64,000 nt of DNA from Octopus sinensis. Its lineage: Eukaryota. Positions 42,709 through 57,587 of this stretch are shown one piece after another. Numbering within the stretch: the first letter of the stretch is position 1; every line of letters starts with the position of its first letter. The stretch spans positions 3,534,001-3,598,000 of the forward strand of contig NC_043025.1 in NCBI RefSeq assembly GCF_006345805.1, given 5' to 3'. A model generated the notes under the pieces. That model made no database searches and had not been told where the DNA came from. It worked only from the letters and a program-made list of their open reading frames with translations. The translations under genes and the position numbers were made by a program.

Positions 42709-42981
42709 TAAACAATTGCAGTGTGGAAGATATTTGTAAGCCATTCAAGAATACACAAATACCCTTTGTTCGCTTCAGCAATTCAATTTCATTTGTGTCA
42801 AAATATTTTCCACTCTTTGAAACCGCGACCTGTTCGCTAACAAAACTTCGTCAGTGAACAGGTTGCGGTTTTAAAGCGACGAAAATATTTTGGCACAAAT
42901 GAAATTTAAATGTTGAAGCGAAACTAACGGTTTTTGTGTTCTTCCATGGCTTACAAATATCTTCCATGCTGCAATTGTTTT
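42709..42981. repeat. ~270 bp imperfect palindrome (foldback/MITE)
   Basis: aaacaattgcagtgtggaagatatttgtaagccat...aaaccgcgacctgttcgct / agtgaacaggttgcggttt...atggcttacaaatatcttccatgctgcaattgttt. Confidence 0.85.
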
Positions 42982-43632
42982 AGTTTTAGTACATTATCCC
43001 ACATCAAGTCACTTGCTACGCAAGTACATCACCGTATAAATGTAATATAGATAAAAACAACAATCTATCTGTCTGCCTGTCAGTCTGTCTGTTTATAATA
43101 TAATGATTGAAGATATGCTGGGCTGTGTCCGGTTTATTTCTTTTTCTCCATCTTATTAAAAAGTCAAATTACTTTGAAGAAATTATAAATGAAGATTAAT
43201 CAAGGATTATTTGCTGATTACAAAATAACCTATAACAGTTTTATTTTTTCAATTCATATTGTGACAATAAACAAAAATCCAAATAATTAAAGCAATAATA
43301 TAATTCTATGATAGACACAACACGTTTTATAAGCACCAAAGTTTCCCTACTGTCCGTTCGTTGAATGTACCATAAGGAGATTTGGTGGGATCAGACAAAT
43401 AACATCAAAGTTCAGATAGTAGTCTGATCCAAATCAATGTGTATGCAATGTTATAAATAATAAATTCAGTATAAGTAAACATTGAATGAGAAACAATTTC
43501 TTTGACTTCACAGCAAGTAACATATCGGTCTGTTTTACTCTAACATTGTGTTTAAAGCTGTGAGATCAATAACATAAGCGATTAGCGAAGAACATAATCG
43601 ATGAAAATATGTAGAAAGAGTCAAGTACTTAC

Positions 43633-43832
43633 AAATATCTCGTATTTGGGGGTATATTTTTGGGGACTGAAATTAATCCGCGGTTTGTACAATATACTCC
43701 TCCAGACGAATCGCATTTACATTTGGTGCATGTATCTGGCACGGCAGGAGCCCCGGAAACCAATCTTGTATACAGTATCAACATAAATGTCCATTGGACT
43801 AACATAGTTTGACGGAACATATTTTCAGGCAT
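43633..43832 (-). CDS. First coding exon of a secreted or membrane LRR protein (signal peptide + LRRNT)
   Basis: MLVQWTFMLILYTRLVSG-APAVPDTCTKCKCDSSGGVYCTNRGLISVPKNIPPNTRYL fits the C-x-C-x-C...V-C...L..VP..IP..T..L pattern. Strong acceptor TTTTACAG before 43836; phase-2 GTAAGT donor at 43632. Confidence 0.88.
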
Positions 43833-44061
43833 AAATCTGTAAAAGAAGAAAATAGAAAATATCAGACTTCGATGTTATGACTTTCATGCCGCAGATTCTT
43901 CGAAGGAAGCAAAGTTCCCCCCTGTTCCATGTGACGAATATGGCTTTGTTTTCATAATTTGTTACTTAAAGTTAGAAAATTAAGTTTCGAGAAATCAGTG
44001 TGAAGAAATTTATTATAGATAATAGCTTTAATGGGTGATATTGGCAAAGAAAACTGAACAT

Positions 44062-44098
<37 letters not shown>

Positions 44099-44385
44099 GC
44101 ACACACGCACACACACACACACACACACACATACACACACACACACAGACACACACACACACACACACACACACGGTCCCCTACACATTCCCATACAGTA
44201 ACCATATTTGGTGGATCTACTGTAAAATTAATGAATAATAAGTTTCCAGGACCCTAAACTTGTGGTGCCTCTAAACCCAATTAGGCTGCTAAATCCGATG
44301 GGTCCCCTTAAGCACCTGTATTGTAACGAGTGATTTTTTCTGCTCCCAAGGTTTTAAGGCGTTCACACGAATTATATATGTATAA

Positions 44386-44452
<67 letters not shown>

Positions 44453-44942
44453 ACGGAAGACGGGGTATAATTAAAAGCTATATTTAGTACAGCAATCGTT
44501 TCGGCTACCTTCTGTACTGCTCCCTTGTGAATAGGGAACGATGTAATGACATCAGATGCGTCGTACAGAGCAAAAGAACCTAATCAGGTGACGTAATAGC
44601 CTTAAGCAATTGTAAGGCTTACATTATGCTCCAAGCTAGCTGTTGGTGGTATTATGGTGTGTTGCTAGTAGTTCACAAACATGGGTGAAGTATAGATACT
44701 TGTGGTGTGTATACAGGAAGTGGTTGATAAAATAATACAAGGAATATGTTAAGCGGGGCGTCAATGGCATTGGACTGAAAGGCCCTAAAGTATGCGGAAA
44801 CCTTTGATGGCTGGATTTGGACTCAAGTGTGACGGCGTGGTCAAGAGTTTGGTGGGGGTGCTTAACTGACCTATGGCCCGTGTTACTGACAGAACCTACA
44901 CCGATTCACACTAACGCATATACAGACACGTACAAGTACACA

Positions 44943-45014
<72 letters not shown>

Positions 45015-45170
45015 TATACGCATGCATCTATTCACCCTCGTGCGATGTGCATTGATGTATTCATCTATTTATCATCATTTTGTCGCTTCACATCCCCGCA
45101 TATATAGACACATACAAGTACATACTCAAATACACACACATGTGTGCGTGTACATGTGTAAATGTGTACA

Positions 45171-45225
<55 letters not shown>

Positions 45226-45244
45226 ACATATATATATATATATA

Positions 45245-45586
45245 TCTTGCGCAGGGACATAGAAATAATCGGACTGAATACCCGATCGCGCGGTTAAACC
45301 ATTGGGAGTGAAGGACTCCTAGCCTTTGTTGGGGCATCCTTCTAAGAGAAGGTAACTCAGGTAACTGGGATAACTCCGACATAAAACCTGCGGCTCAGTG
45401 GTTACCGATGATGTTGACTTGTTTTTCTTTTCGGATTATGGCAGCTGTTGCTTAGTGAGTGGGATTGACTCAGTGCACAGCCTTTCCTCACTTCAAAAAA
45501 AATCTCCTTGCACAGGCATTGCACGATAACAACATTGATTAAGCTTTTGCGCAATGGCCATTTTTGATAACGAGGGGGCAGCCACC

Positions 45587-45600
<14 letters not shown>
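45245..45600 (+). mobile_element. Non-autonomous RTE derivative (5'UTR fused to 3' tail); second copy 54425-54690 (-)
   Basis: 45245-45535 matches 32035-32325; 45536-45590 matches the RTE 3' end 35980-36030; a microsatellite follows. Confidence 0.8.
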
Positions 45601-45682
<82 letters not shown>

Positions 45683-46034
45683 ATAGGCACATGTGTGTGT
45701 ATGTGTCCGTGAATGTGTAAATATAGATGGCTGCGTCTATGCACATACGCCGTATGGTACAAGAGCGTATATAAGCGATTGTATATCCGTGTGTATGTGT
45801 CTTTAAATGTATTGTATGTGACTATAACTGTGGCTGCCCGGGTACATTTAACATGATTTGTTAAATGCATCGCTGCGGCTACATTTCGTCAGACTGAATC
45901 TACAAACATTATATATACTCATATATATACACGCACACATATATACACACTAATGTATGAATATGTAAGTATATGAGTATAAATTTGCATATATGCGCAT
46001 GTTCATGTGTGTGTGTGTGTGCGTGTGTGTGTGC

Positions 46035-46085
<51 letters not shown>

Positions 46086-46319
46086 TAATGAATGCAAAAT
46101 ATATCCTGAACATTACTCCAACAGTCATATTTATTTAGTCATCTTCTTTATGAATTTTGACAAAGCATTGCCTGCTCCTTCCAGCAAAAGGAAGTTTGTA
46201 TGAATAGATTTCCAATGGATGCAAATGTTGGGTCCCTCGCGAATATGAGACTTGTTACCACGAATCAGTAATCCACAGAAATTTACTGAACTTCCATTTT
46301 CAACATTGGTGACTCGTCA

Positions 46320-46525
46320 ATACAAAGTTTGTCTGACGTGATAGCGTTGAGGAGTGCCCCCTTCCCAGTGGTCTTTCTTCAGACCGGACGCCAGCCCAGA
46401 ATTTCTGAGGGACATGCAGCTACGTTCCTTCGTCCTTGTAACAGGTTTTGTTTTCAGTTCTGCTGACTTTCTAGGAACACAACATTCCCAGGCATCACCT
46501 AGTTGACGGCAACTAAACCGGTTCA
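46320..46525 (-). mobile_element. Short repeat resembling the 5' UTR of another RTE family
   Basis: Similar layout (aaccggtttagttgccgtcaactag...aaaacaaaacctgt..aaggacgaaggaac) to the RTE 5' UTR. Confidence 0.4.
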
Positions 46526-46637
46526 CACACACACACACACAAACAAACACATACACACACACACACACACATACATAATACATGCATACATACACAAACA
46601 TACATACATACATACATACACAGACGCATGCATACAT

Positions 46638-46726
<89 letters not shown>

Positions 46727-48409
46727 TACATACATACACACACACATGAATATATATATACATAAAGACAGACAGTAAAAACATGCACAAACATACATAC
46801 ATATATACACACACACACATATATATATACACACACATATATATGTATACATACACAGACACACATGGATATATATACATACACACATACATACATGTCT
46901 GCCAGAGGCTTAACATCAATCCAGATTGCCTTTGAATGTCGTATCCTATCCCTTCAGCAACACCTCTTAACCTTGACCAAGTTTGCCTAGATGAGGCTGA
47001 TGATATCATAAGACTTGGAAGGTAACTCCTTGAGCAGCATTCCTTGTCAGATAACCTGAAATGCATACCCATAGAAGTTGTGCGACTCTATCGCTACGTA
47101 TCATTAGGGGAAACGATGAGCATATATCAGCAGAAGATTATTCATGGATATATTTGTAGAAGGCTCCATTATGATAGTAACACTGATCATCAAAGCGATC
47201 TATGATGGACCAATAGCCGGATTACTACCTCCCACTTTGAAGGTATCCGTTTGCAATTCGGAAACAGAAAATGTCAACCAAATACCTACAGTCCAAAAGC
47301 GATAGAGATGCAGGAAAAGTAGTAAAATGTTCTTCTGGTGCAGATTTTGTAGGGTTAACACCGAACACATCAACCATTCACAAGCAGTTGTCTGAAAATG
47401 TTATCACAGTATAATCTACCGATGAGGCATGATGTTGTAGCTAGGATGCACTGTGATGAAATTCATTGGAAGGGTAACACCGAGGACAAAGAAATAAGAA
47501 CCCACAGTATGGTAGAAGCCATAGCTACTAATAATAAAAAGGAGTACTAGTGGAATATAAGTACAGTAGACCTGATATAACGATTTGGGATAGAGAAGAG
47601 AAACTGTGTACAGTTGTGGAAATTGCAGTCCAGCGGATGTTAACTTAAAGATGAAGATCAATGAAAAAGAGAACACATATGCTGAACTATTGACAAATCT
47701 GAAGTTACACTAACCAAATTACAAGTTCAGATTTATACCTGTAATTATTGGGATCCTTGGGATATGTAACAACCCTGCCTAAATACCGATCTTGAGAAAT
47801 TCGGCTTCTCAAAACCAGAAAGGAGAAAGCTAATTCGAAAAATACAGATCCAAACCATCACTGGATCTGTAGAAATCCGTCAAACTTTCCAGAAGTTTAG
47901 CATTTAAATATATATCAGCATGCCTAGATATGCAACTATATGCACGAGTATACATACAGAGTACAAATCATACAAATCTGCACATATAAATACATACAAA
48001 CAAACAAAAATATCCTGTTGTTAATGTTGTAATTCCAATGAAGGAGCCTTGGACCTGGGTTAGAAACCAGCGCTTTTTCTAAAGGCAAAACTTCTTGAAA
48101 TAAAACCAAATAATGTCATACATATATACATTGCCATACTCAGTGCCCCGATCCATCATTCAGTGAGATATCCATTTGCTAGATTTCTTCTACTGAATAT
48201 TTTTAGAGCAGAACAAAAAAGATATTTGATATTTGACAAAAATGCAAACATCAATTTTACAAAATCAATAGCGTTCCTTAACTTTTTTAAATTCTATTTA
48301 TAGCATTTATGTTTCACTTTGTTTAGGGATAAACATTTATTTTATTTTATTCAAAATTAAAAGTATTTTTCTGTTTTTCGGATTTTGAATGGTTACCTCT
48401 ATGGAAATA

Positions 48410-51230
48410 TAGTTAGTTAATTTTTTGGCTCAAAAAGCAAAAAGCAAGGCCATGTAGGGGGACATGGAGTTATGTACAGGGTGGTGTTCATGTAAAGAGT
48501 TCAGGCCACTTGTGGTCAAGGGAGACTTTGAACCGAACGGTCGTCGGCATCTTCACCATCTCGTCTGGCAGCTTATTCCACGGATCCGCAACCCGGACGG
48601 AGAAAGCCCCTCTCCTTCGATTAAGATGAAATCGTCGCAGATAGAGCTTTTCGGAATGACCCCGCAGCCGACGGTCTAGAGCAGGAGTGAAGAACAGCTC
48701 TTTCGAGAGGTTACACTTTCCGCTTATGATGTTGTGAGCAAGAATGAGATCACTACGGCGTCGTCGTTTTTCTAGAGAATAAAGGTCGAGCGTCTTTAGC
48801 CTTTCTTCATAAGTCAAATGCTTGAGACCAAGAACCATGCGGGTAGCCAGCTTCTGGACTCTTTCGAGATGATGTATGTCTTTGAGGAGATAAGGAGAAG
48901 AGGCTTGAATCCCGTACTCCAATATGGGTCTCACCAGCGTGACATAGAGCGGTAGGAATATGGCTGCTGTGAGCATTCCGAATGACCGTCGAATCAAGAA
49001 CAGAACTCCGCGTGCTTTGTTGGCAGCATGGACGCACTGGGCCGAAGGCGAAAAGGAGGAATCCACCAAGATACCCAGATCCTTTACCTGATCGGTCCCC
49101 TCCAGCTGCAGACGACTCGGCTCGAAATCAAGTTGAGTTGCAGGAGGAGAGCCAACAGGCAGATGACAGCACTTTGACCATCGTTAGACCATCTCCAAAT
49201 TTGGTGGAGGCATCGACGAAAATCCTCTATATCATCGCGAGGAGCGACCAGTTTCACATAGTCGGCAAATAGAAGGGTGTGTTGCGTGAGGTCGTCGGGT
49301 AAGTCATTTATGAAGACTAAGAACAATAAGGGTCCAAGCACTGAACCTTGAGGCACGCCACTGCTCGCACTGGAGACGTCGGACCGCGAACCATTAACTT
49401 CGACTTGGAAGGAGCGATCTGAGAGGAAGGCACCAACCCATCGTACAATATCCGGATGGAAACTATATGCTTGAAGCTTGACAAGTAATAGGCGGTGGTT
49501 TACCGAGTCAAAAGCTTTGGCAAAGTCCAATAAAACGATGTCAACAGCATCACTATCATCGAGGATGCGCGTCACCAATTCTTCTATTACCAGTAAGTTG
49601 GTCAAGCATGATCTCTTCGGCACGAAGCCGTGTTGGGAATCATAGATAGAGGCTGTTTTGGAGGTGGAGCATCATACTTTTCTTAAGGATAGTTTCGAAC
49701 ATCTTGCTGATTATTGATGTAAGGGAAACCGATCGGTAGTTAAGCGGGTCTTCGCGGCTCCCTTTCTTGAAAATTGGGCAGATAGTCGCTGTTCTCCAGT
49801 CCGCAGGTATAACACCCGTCGCCAATGACATATTGAATAGACGTGTTAAGGGCTCGCAGATGACCGGAGCCAACGCTTTGATAACCCGTGGGTGTATGCC
49901 GTCAGGGCCGTGACTCTTGTTGACATCGAGGACTTGAATAACGCGTTCGACTTCGTCCCGCGTGATGACTAATCGAAGCATTGGAGGTACCGATCTATCA
50001 AATGGAGGGGATTCACGACCATCATCTTGTTTGAAAATAGTTGAAAAAGCCTCGGCAAATAATTGACTCTGTTGATAAGGGTCCTCAATCGATACGCCTG
50101 TTGAGTCTACCAACGTTGCAATTTGGTTGTTCAAGCGGGAATTCCGTTGGACATGGGCAAAGAAGGTTTTTGGATTGCTACTGGCGTTTGCCGCGATTTT
50201 GTATTCATATCTGAAGCTTTCTTCCTTTTCAATTTTCACGGCTCGGTCTCGTTGAGTTTTGTACACCTCTAAAGCTGCAGTCGAATCTAGATTTTTGAAT
50301 TCAGCCCAAGCAATATCTCTGAGTCGAAGTTCTCGTTTAACCTTCTTCGTCACCCAGGGCTTGTGTTTCTTCTTCTTAGGAAGCCCAACAGAAACTGCCT
50401 GGTCAGTCAACCAGATTACATATGCTTTGAGGGATGGCCATAGTTCGTCATCTGAGGACAACGCCACCAGGGATCGCCAGTCCAGAAGCGCGGAAGCCTC
50501 GGTTAGAATTTCAAGATAAATTGCAGAGAAGATTCTACGTGGCAGCGAAGTAGTCGTGGGCGTAGAAAAAGTTGTGTGCATGACGAACTTCAGGACCGCA
50601 TGATCACTCCTGGCAAGAGGGGCGCACACAGATACGTCTGACACTGGTCTTGGATAGCGGGAGAATACCAGATCCAGCATATATGGCTGCTGCTCAGACC
50701 GATGCCTTGTCAGATATTCAACATGTTGCGATAGAAAACAATTTTCAGCCACGTCAAGAAGGGCCTGGCCGAACCGGGAAGATGATGTACAAATTGATGC
50801 GGGCCAATCGATCGTGGGAGCGATGAAGTCTCCTAATATCAAACAGTCATGAGAAGCTGAAACAAATCTTATCGCTTCGAGTAAATTAGCGTCGTCTTGG
50901 GGGTTGGCAAGAGGCGGCCTGTAGACAGCTAACACGGGCAGGCAAAACCCGGATAGGCTCAGCTTGCCATAGACGGCATCGAATTTTGTTGTAGGTTGAT
51001 CATTAGTGGGTAGAATACTGCTGGACGGTTTGAGATTAGATTTAATATACACAGCAACACCTCCACCTCGCCTTTTTTCTCTGTCACATCTGAAGAGGGC
51101 GTAGCCCTGTAGGTGGATTTCTGAGTCCTTTACTGCTGGAGTCAGCCAAGTCTCGGTGATAGCTATCACATCTTTGAATAGATTTCCAATAGATTGAAAT
51201 ATTGGGTCCCTCGCGAATATGAGACTTGTT
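48410..51230 (-). mobile_element. CR1-clade LINE ORF2, paralogue of 25290-27970
   Basis: ORFs 51241-49640, 49623-49084 and 49069-48488; same 5' flank and tail as the left copy. Confidence 0.93.
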
Positions 51231-51779
51231 GTGTTGCACATTATCTCACCCTCATCATCGAATCCACCTTACCTGCACAGATTTATCGGGTACCATAAGT
51301 CAGGTGCCGAAGTGATCGCAGAGCAACATGGATGTGATGAAAGGTTTTTCTCAACAACACAACGCACCCACGATTCCTTTATCGTGAGTGCAACACCCTT
51401 CACCACGGGGCAATCTTCCCTCCACATCAATTATATTACCAAGATCCTATAATAGGCCTGGCAACATACAAGTAGCAATTTAAAACAAAACCCAGTGATT
51501 CCATTGTATATTGGGTTGGCAATAATTTCCCCAGGACATCACCTCGTCTCTTTAGTTTCTAAAATGCAGAATTGTCCCCGTGTGCCATTGAAAGGTTTCA
51601 GACACGCTTCTAATTGATGTTTGTTGTTCACTGATGACATGGCGTTATACAAAATACTAAAACCAGGCCAATATTAGACACATGTTTGTTTTTCTTTTAG
51701 AAATAGTGTTGTTGTTGTTGTCGTTTTTGCTCATTTCTATGAACAAAGGCGTCCTAACTGTAGCCATCAAATGTTTTAT

Positions 51780-53640
51780 TCCAGCGACTCAACAGCCATT
51801 GGAAATAGCATTAAAACCAGAATGGAAGCGGAAAACATATGTGAGGCGTGGAAGACTCTTCGGCACTGTAGAAGTGAGTTTTGCAACAGAAGAAGAAGCA
51901 AAGCAGCATGTCACTGTGACATTTATAAACTGAAGAATTCCTGCTCGTGCCGACATTGTTAAGTCGGCAGGTTACAAAGGTAAAAATTAGGGAGGTGGCC
52001 CCGAAATGAATATATGCTGACTTGTACCGACTGTCCTCTTTGATATAGAGGATACCGCCACAATACTGGAGGTTCATAAATTGCACCAACAAAATTGGAC
52101 GGGCCATTGATTGGAACTCCTCGTTCAAATTGAACAAGGAGCCCTAAATTCTGTCCTTGGTTCTATAAATTTAGCAGACGGCACGAGGCTAATCGTGGCC
52201 GTGGAGGGCAGGAGGCCGAGGTGCTACTTTTGTGAAAATGATCAGCACCTCAAGGTCGACTGCCCCAAATACAAAGAGATGCGACGGAAGCTACAAGCGA
52301 CAGTAAAAACGGTGGCACCTCCAGTGCAGCAGCAGCAGCAGCAGCAGAAACCAATCCCATCACCACCAGCAACAGCAACAGCGACGCCACCTCCAACCGT
52401 CGCCAGGGCACCACCATCACCAACACCAACAACGAAAATAAATACTCGTCGGAGTACCACTACCGCCAGTAGCAGTAACACCACCACCAACTACTGTAGC
52501 AGTAGCGGCAGCAACAAATGAACCGCAGCAAAAGCAAGAGCCAGAGGGGTGAGTGGCAAACAGTTCCCCCTAGAAAAGAAAAAGATAGTAGAAGAAAAGA
52601 GGGGGAGGTGCAAACAGGAGAAACTCCCCAACAGCAGCAACACGCACACGCAGCCACCGACAACAGCACTATCACCAGCACTACAACCTCAAACTACAAA
52701 ACACACTGCACAACACAAACAGACTGCACAAACACCACCAACCTCACAGCCATCAACACCCACAATACACACCTTGTCGAATACATTAGAGAAAACACAG
52801 ACACCACAATGGAAGACTTTGTCTTCCCAACACACAATGCACAATCACCACACATACAAATTTCTGAAAGTAACACAGGACACCTACAACACATTAAAAA
52901 TTAATTTTTCAAATGCTGTTGGGTCATTCCAAAAAGCATTCTCTAAGAGACTATATGAAAATCTCGTGGAAACGCCCGCAAGAAAGACCAAGGGGTCACC
53001 CCTGCTAGGCAGCAGCGTTATGTAGAGCTCTTCTCCATTCTAAATTTATTCTACCAAGGTGATGCTCAGAATAGGTCATATAAATGTCAGGGGCCTCGGG
53101 TGGCCTTGGAAACAGAGTCACCTTTCAAATTACCTGAGGTTCCTTAGTGTAGATATTGCAGCCATTAATGAATCCAGTCTTACCTGAGCGGCAATCCTGG
53201 ACTGGGCGTAGATCGAAGAAGGGCGCTTGGCACCTTGAGTGCCGTCAAGCACTCACAGTCCTCCACCAGGCGGGCAATGCGGTCGGTGATACTTCCACTC
53301 TAAAGTTCTAAAGAGTGCGAGTGAAGGGAAAGTGCGACGACGTTCTCAGGGAAACTCTGGGTGTCGATGAAGATCAACAAACCGATCTGTTTCGCAGCAC
53401 TTTCAGGCCTGGGCCTATGGATAACTTCAAGAAATCCCTTGCCTGACAGTGCTACCGAGGGGCGCTCTCTGTTTGGGATAAAATTTATAGGCACGGAAAT
53501 GCCGTCAGCCGGGCCCATGCGAGGTGCGCCCAGAATGATGAAACTGTTCTGCACGCCCTAGTCCAGTGCCCGAGTATTGCTGACCGGTGGGTTTATGTCG
53601 AACACCTACTGCACACACATCTCCACTGTCCGAGCATATC
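51780..53640 (+). mobile_element. Tx1/L1 relic, paralogue of 18240-21845, with a ~1.8 kb internal deletion
   Basis: Same CCHC knuckle and T/Q/P-rich ORF1; the junction at ~53180 joins the APE start to the RT 3' region. Confidence 0.88.
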
Positions 53641-53921
53641 TGATCAACAAAAAGCAATAAAATCACACGGTCAGTATTTTGGGCATCCAGAATTGCTTCA
53701 TACAGCTTTACACACATACTCACATACATACACACATACACACACACATACACACATACATACATACATATAAACATACATACATACACACAAACAGATA
53801 CATACATACATACGTACATACATTTATTCAAATACACATACCTACATACATTCATACATACAAGTATACATACTTATACAGATACATGCACATATACATA
53901 GATACATACATGCATACATAT

Positions 53922-54020
<99 letters not shown>

Positions 54021-57000
54021 CATAGATACAGTCATAGATTCATATACAGACATAGATGAATGCATACATACATGCAAGCATACCTCCATACATGCACAAA
54101 TTCATACACACATATATACACAGAAACACACATTCACACCTTTATTCATGTATACATACATATATATACAACACATGCATACATACATACGTGCATACAT
54201 ACACACATACTTGCACAGGGGCATACATCCCAACAAATATATACACACGCACGTATAAAAATACATACATATATAGATATACATACATATATACATGTGT
54301 ATATGTGTGTATTTGTTTATGTACATATGTATGTGTACGTATGTATAAATGTATGCGTGTATCTATGCATGTGTGTATGTAAGTACAAACATACATACAT
54401 AACCACAGGCATACGCACATACATGGTTGCTGCCCCCTCGTTATCGAGTATGGCCATTGCGCAAAAGCTTAATCAATGTTGTTATCGTGCAATGCCTGTG
54501 TAAGAAGATTTTTTTAAAGTGAGGAAAGGCTGATCACTGAGTCAATCCCACTCACTAAGCAACAGCAGCCATAATCCGAAAAGAAGAACAAGTGAATATC
54601 ATCGGTAACCACTGAGCCGCAGGTTTTATGTCGGACTTATCCCAGTTACCTGAGTTAACTTCTCGTAGAAGGATGCCCTAACAAAGGCACAACAAATACA
54701 CACACAGACACATATATACACATACACATGCTTATATAAATACATGCATACACACATACATACATATACACATGCACACATTATACAGACATACATACAT
54801 ATATACATGAAGACATACATACACACATATATACTCACATACATACACACCTACTTACACACATGCACATATACATTCACACTTACACGCATACATTCAT
54901 ACACACATGCATACTGATATACACACACACATACTTACATACACCCACATTCGCACATACACACACATGCATTCATACAGACATACAAATGCACATACAT
55001 AAATACATACATACACACATACATACACACATACATACTTCCATACTTAATCACATACGTACAAACACACATACACACGCACATACACACAAACATACAC
55101 GCATACATTCATATATACAAAAGTATATACATACATATCCACATTCATATATATGTGTGTGTGGATGTATGTATGCGCTTTTGTATCTTTGTAGATATTT
55201 CAGTATGTATGTATGAATATATTTATGTATGTATATATGTATGTGTATGTGTGTATATATGTATGTGTGTGTGTATGTATTTATGCGTACACATGTATGC
55301 ATACAGACAAACCTGTGAACTTACACACATAACATACATGCACACACATATACGCGCATGCACACATATATACGTACACATGTACTTACATATACATACA
55401 AATAAATACGCACATATATACACATACATAATGACACAGATACATACACACATATATATATAAACACTCAAAAATACACACATACACACTTACTTAAATA
55501 CACATACACACACTTACATACATGCACATACAAGTCATACACACATACATACACACTTACGTACACGTATTCATGCTGCACACATACATACATTCATACA
55601 CACGCATATACATATATACACGTAAATACATACACACATGCATACATACATAAATATATACACACAGACATACGTACGCCGATACATAGACACATACATA
55701 AAACCATACATATAAACATGCATGCATAAACACAATCATACATATATACATACATACGTACACACATATACATGTACATACATGTACACATACATACATA
55801 TATACATACACACGTACATATGCACGTGGATGCATACATACGTGCACACATACATAGATATGTGAGTATATGTATGCAAGTATGCATCTATACCTATATA
55901 CATACACGCATGGAATATATACATATACACACATACATACTTACATAACTACATACATCAGTACACGCACATACATGCATGCATACGTACGTACATACAC
56001 ACGTAGAAACACACACACATATATACGAAGATACAAGCATATATGCGAGCATATATATATATATATACACACATACATACATATATACATGCATGCATAC
56101 ACTACAAACCTACACACATACTTGTTGCATACAAACCTATACATGCATGGGTGTGTACATACATACATACAGTACATACTTACACACATACCTACACACG
56201 TAAATCCATACACACATAGGTTCATACGCACAAACATACAATCATATTTACAGACCAACACACATACATATATACATGCATGCATATATATAAACTCATA
56301 CATGTTTATACAGTCACATATTTATGTTCTTTTCAATTGTTTGAGTCATTGAATTGCGTTTTCCAAAACTTTATCTCTTAATTCATTCCGAACACACCTA
56401 GAGCTGGCTCTTTGGGAATCTATACGCCTTCTTCTAATTTAACCACTCCACAACTAAAGTGTTCTTCGTTGCTCAGTTCTTGTTTAGTAATCTCTCATCT
56501 ATATGCAGCTGTAGAACAGTTTCCCTTTGTTCTCTTTTTACATCCTTCTTTACTTTTTGACACTAAATCCACATTTTCCAAACAATTGTTTGGCCTCATC
56601 GAACTTAAGAACCCTAATTTACTAATGTTCAAATGTCAATTTTATATAAATATATATTCAACTTGTAAATTTTGAATTAATTTGTATATCTAAATAAAGA
56701 AACTCTTACGAGCTTTAATAGGGTATACAGCTTTACAGCGTAACATCAATATGTTAATTTTAGATTAAAAATAAATCTTAATTATCATAATTTAGAGTAC
56801 CATTTAACTTAAGGACAACATGTAACATTTCATATTTTATGATTTTTTTGCTTTTAAAATTCATTCTGTAATCCCTAAAAACAATAAAATCACAGAGTCA
56901 GTATTTTGGGAACCCAAAATTACTTAATACAGATTTACATCTGCGAAACATAGAAATGTTCAGATCATTTATCACTGTTGTGGAGATTTTTTCCCACTTT

Positions 57001-57554
57001 CGGCTAATAATGTTTTTAAAAAATTCCCCTTATTCTTTGTCTTAATACTTTTCACAGCTCTACCCAACCATTCTCAAGGATTTTCGATGGGTTTCAGCTC
57101 GGGCGACGGCGTTAGTCACTATATCAACCGAAATCTCTTAGGTTTAATGTAATTTCTGAATAGGTACGAAGTGACATTCGGGTGGTTGTCATGCGGGAAA
57201 GTTCAAATGCTTTTGCGCGTATGGAAGCATAGTATTAATCAATATTTCTAAATAGGACTTACTATCCATTCGGATTATAGAACTGACGTCTTTTCCAGAC
57301 ATTCACCCTTACATCATCACACTTCCGCCAGAGTGCCTAATTGAAGGCTGGAATTCTTCACCTATACGCCTTCTTACATACTTCCTGATATCACTGCCGA
57401 ACCAGTTGTACTTTGATGCGTCCGACCACAACACATTCGTCCAATCTGCTGGACTCCATTTCAAATGTTCTTTAACGGGCAAATCGATTTTTCAAATACA
57501 CACATACACACATACATGCATAGACACTCATACATACATACATACATACATACA

Positions 57555-57587
<33 letters not shown>

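Noticed and set aside
43379-43435. Short hairpin (ggatcagac/gtctgatcc), miRNA-like
   Set aside because: Stem too short and no expression evidence.
44480-44620. Minus-strand GGCTA...TAGCC-GAAACG, hammerhead-like
   Set aside because: No intact CUGANGA at the required position.
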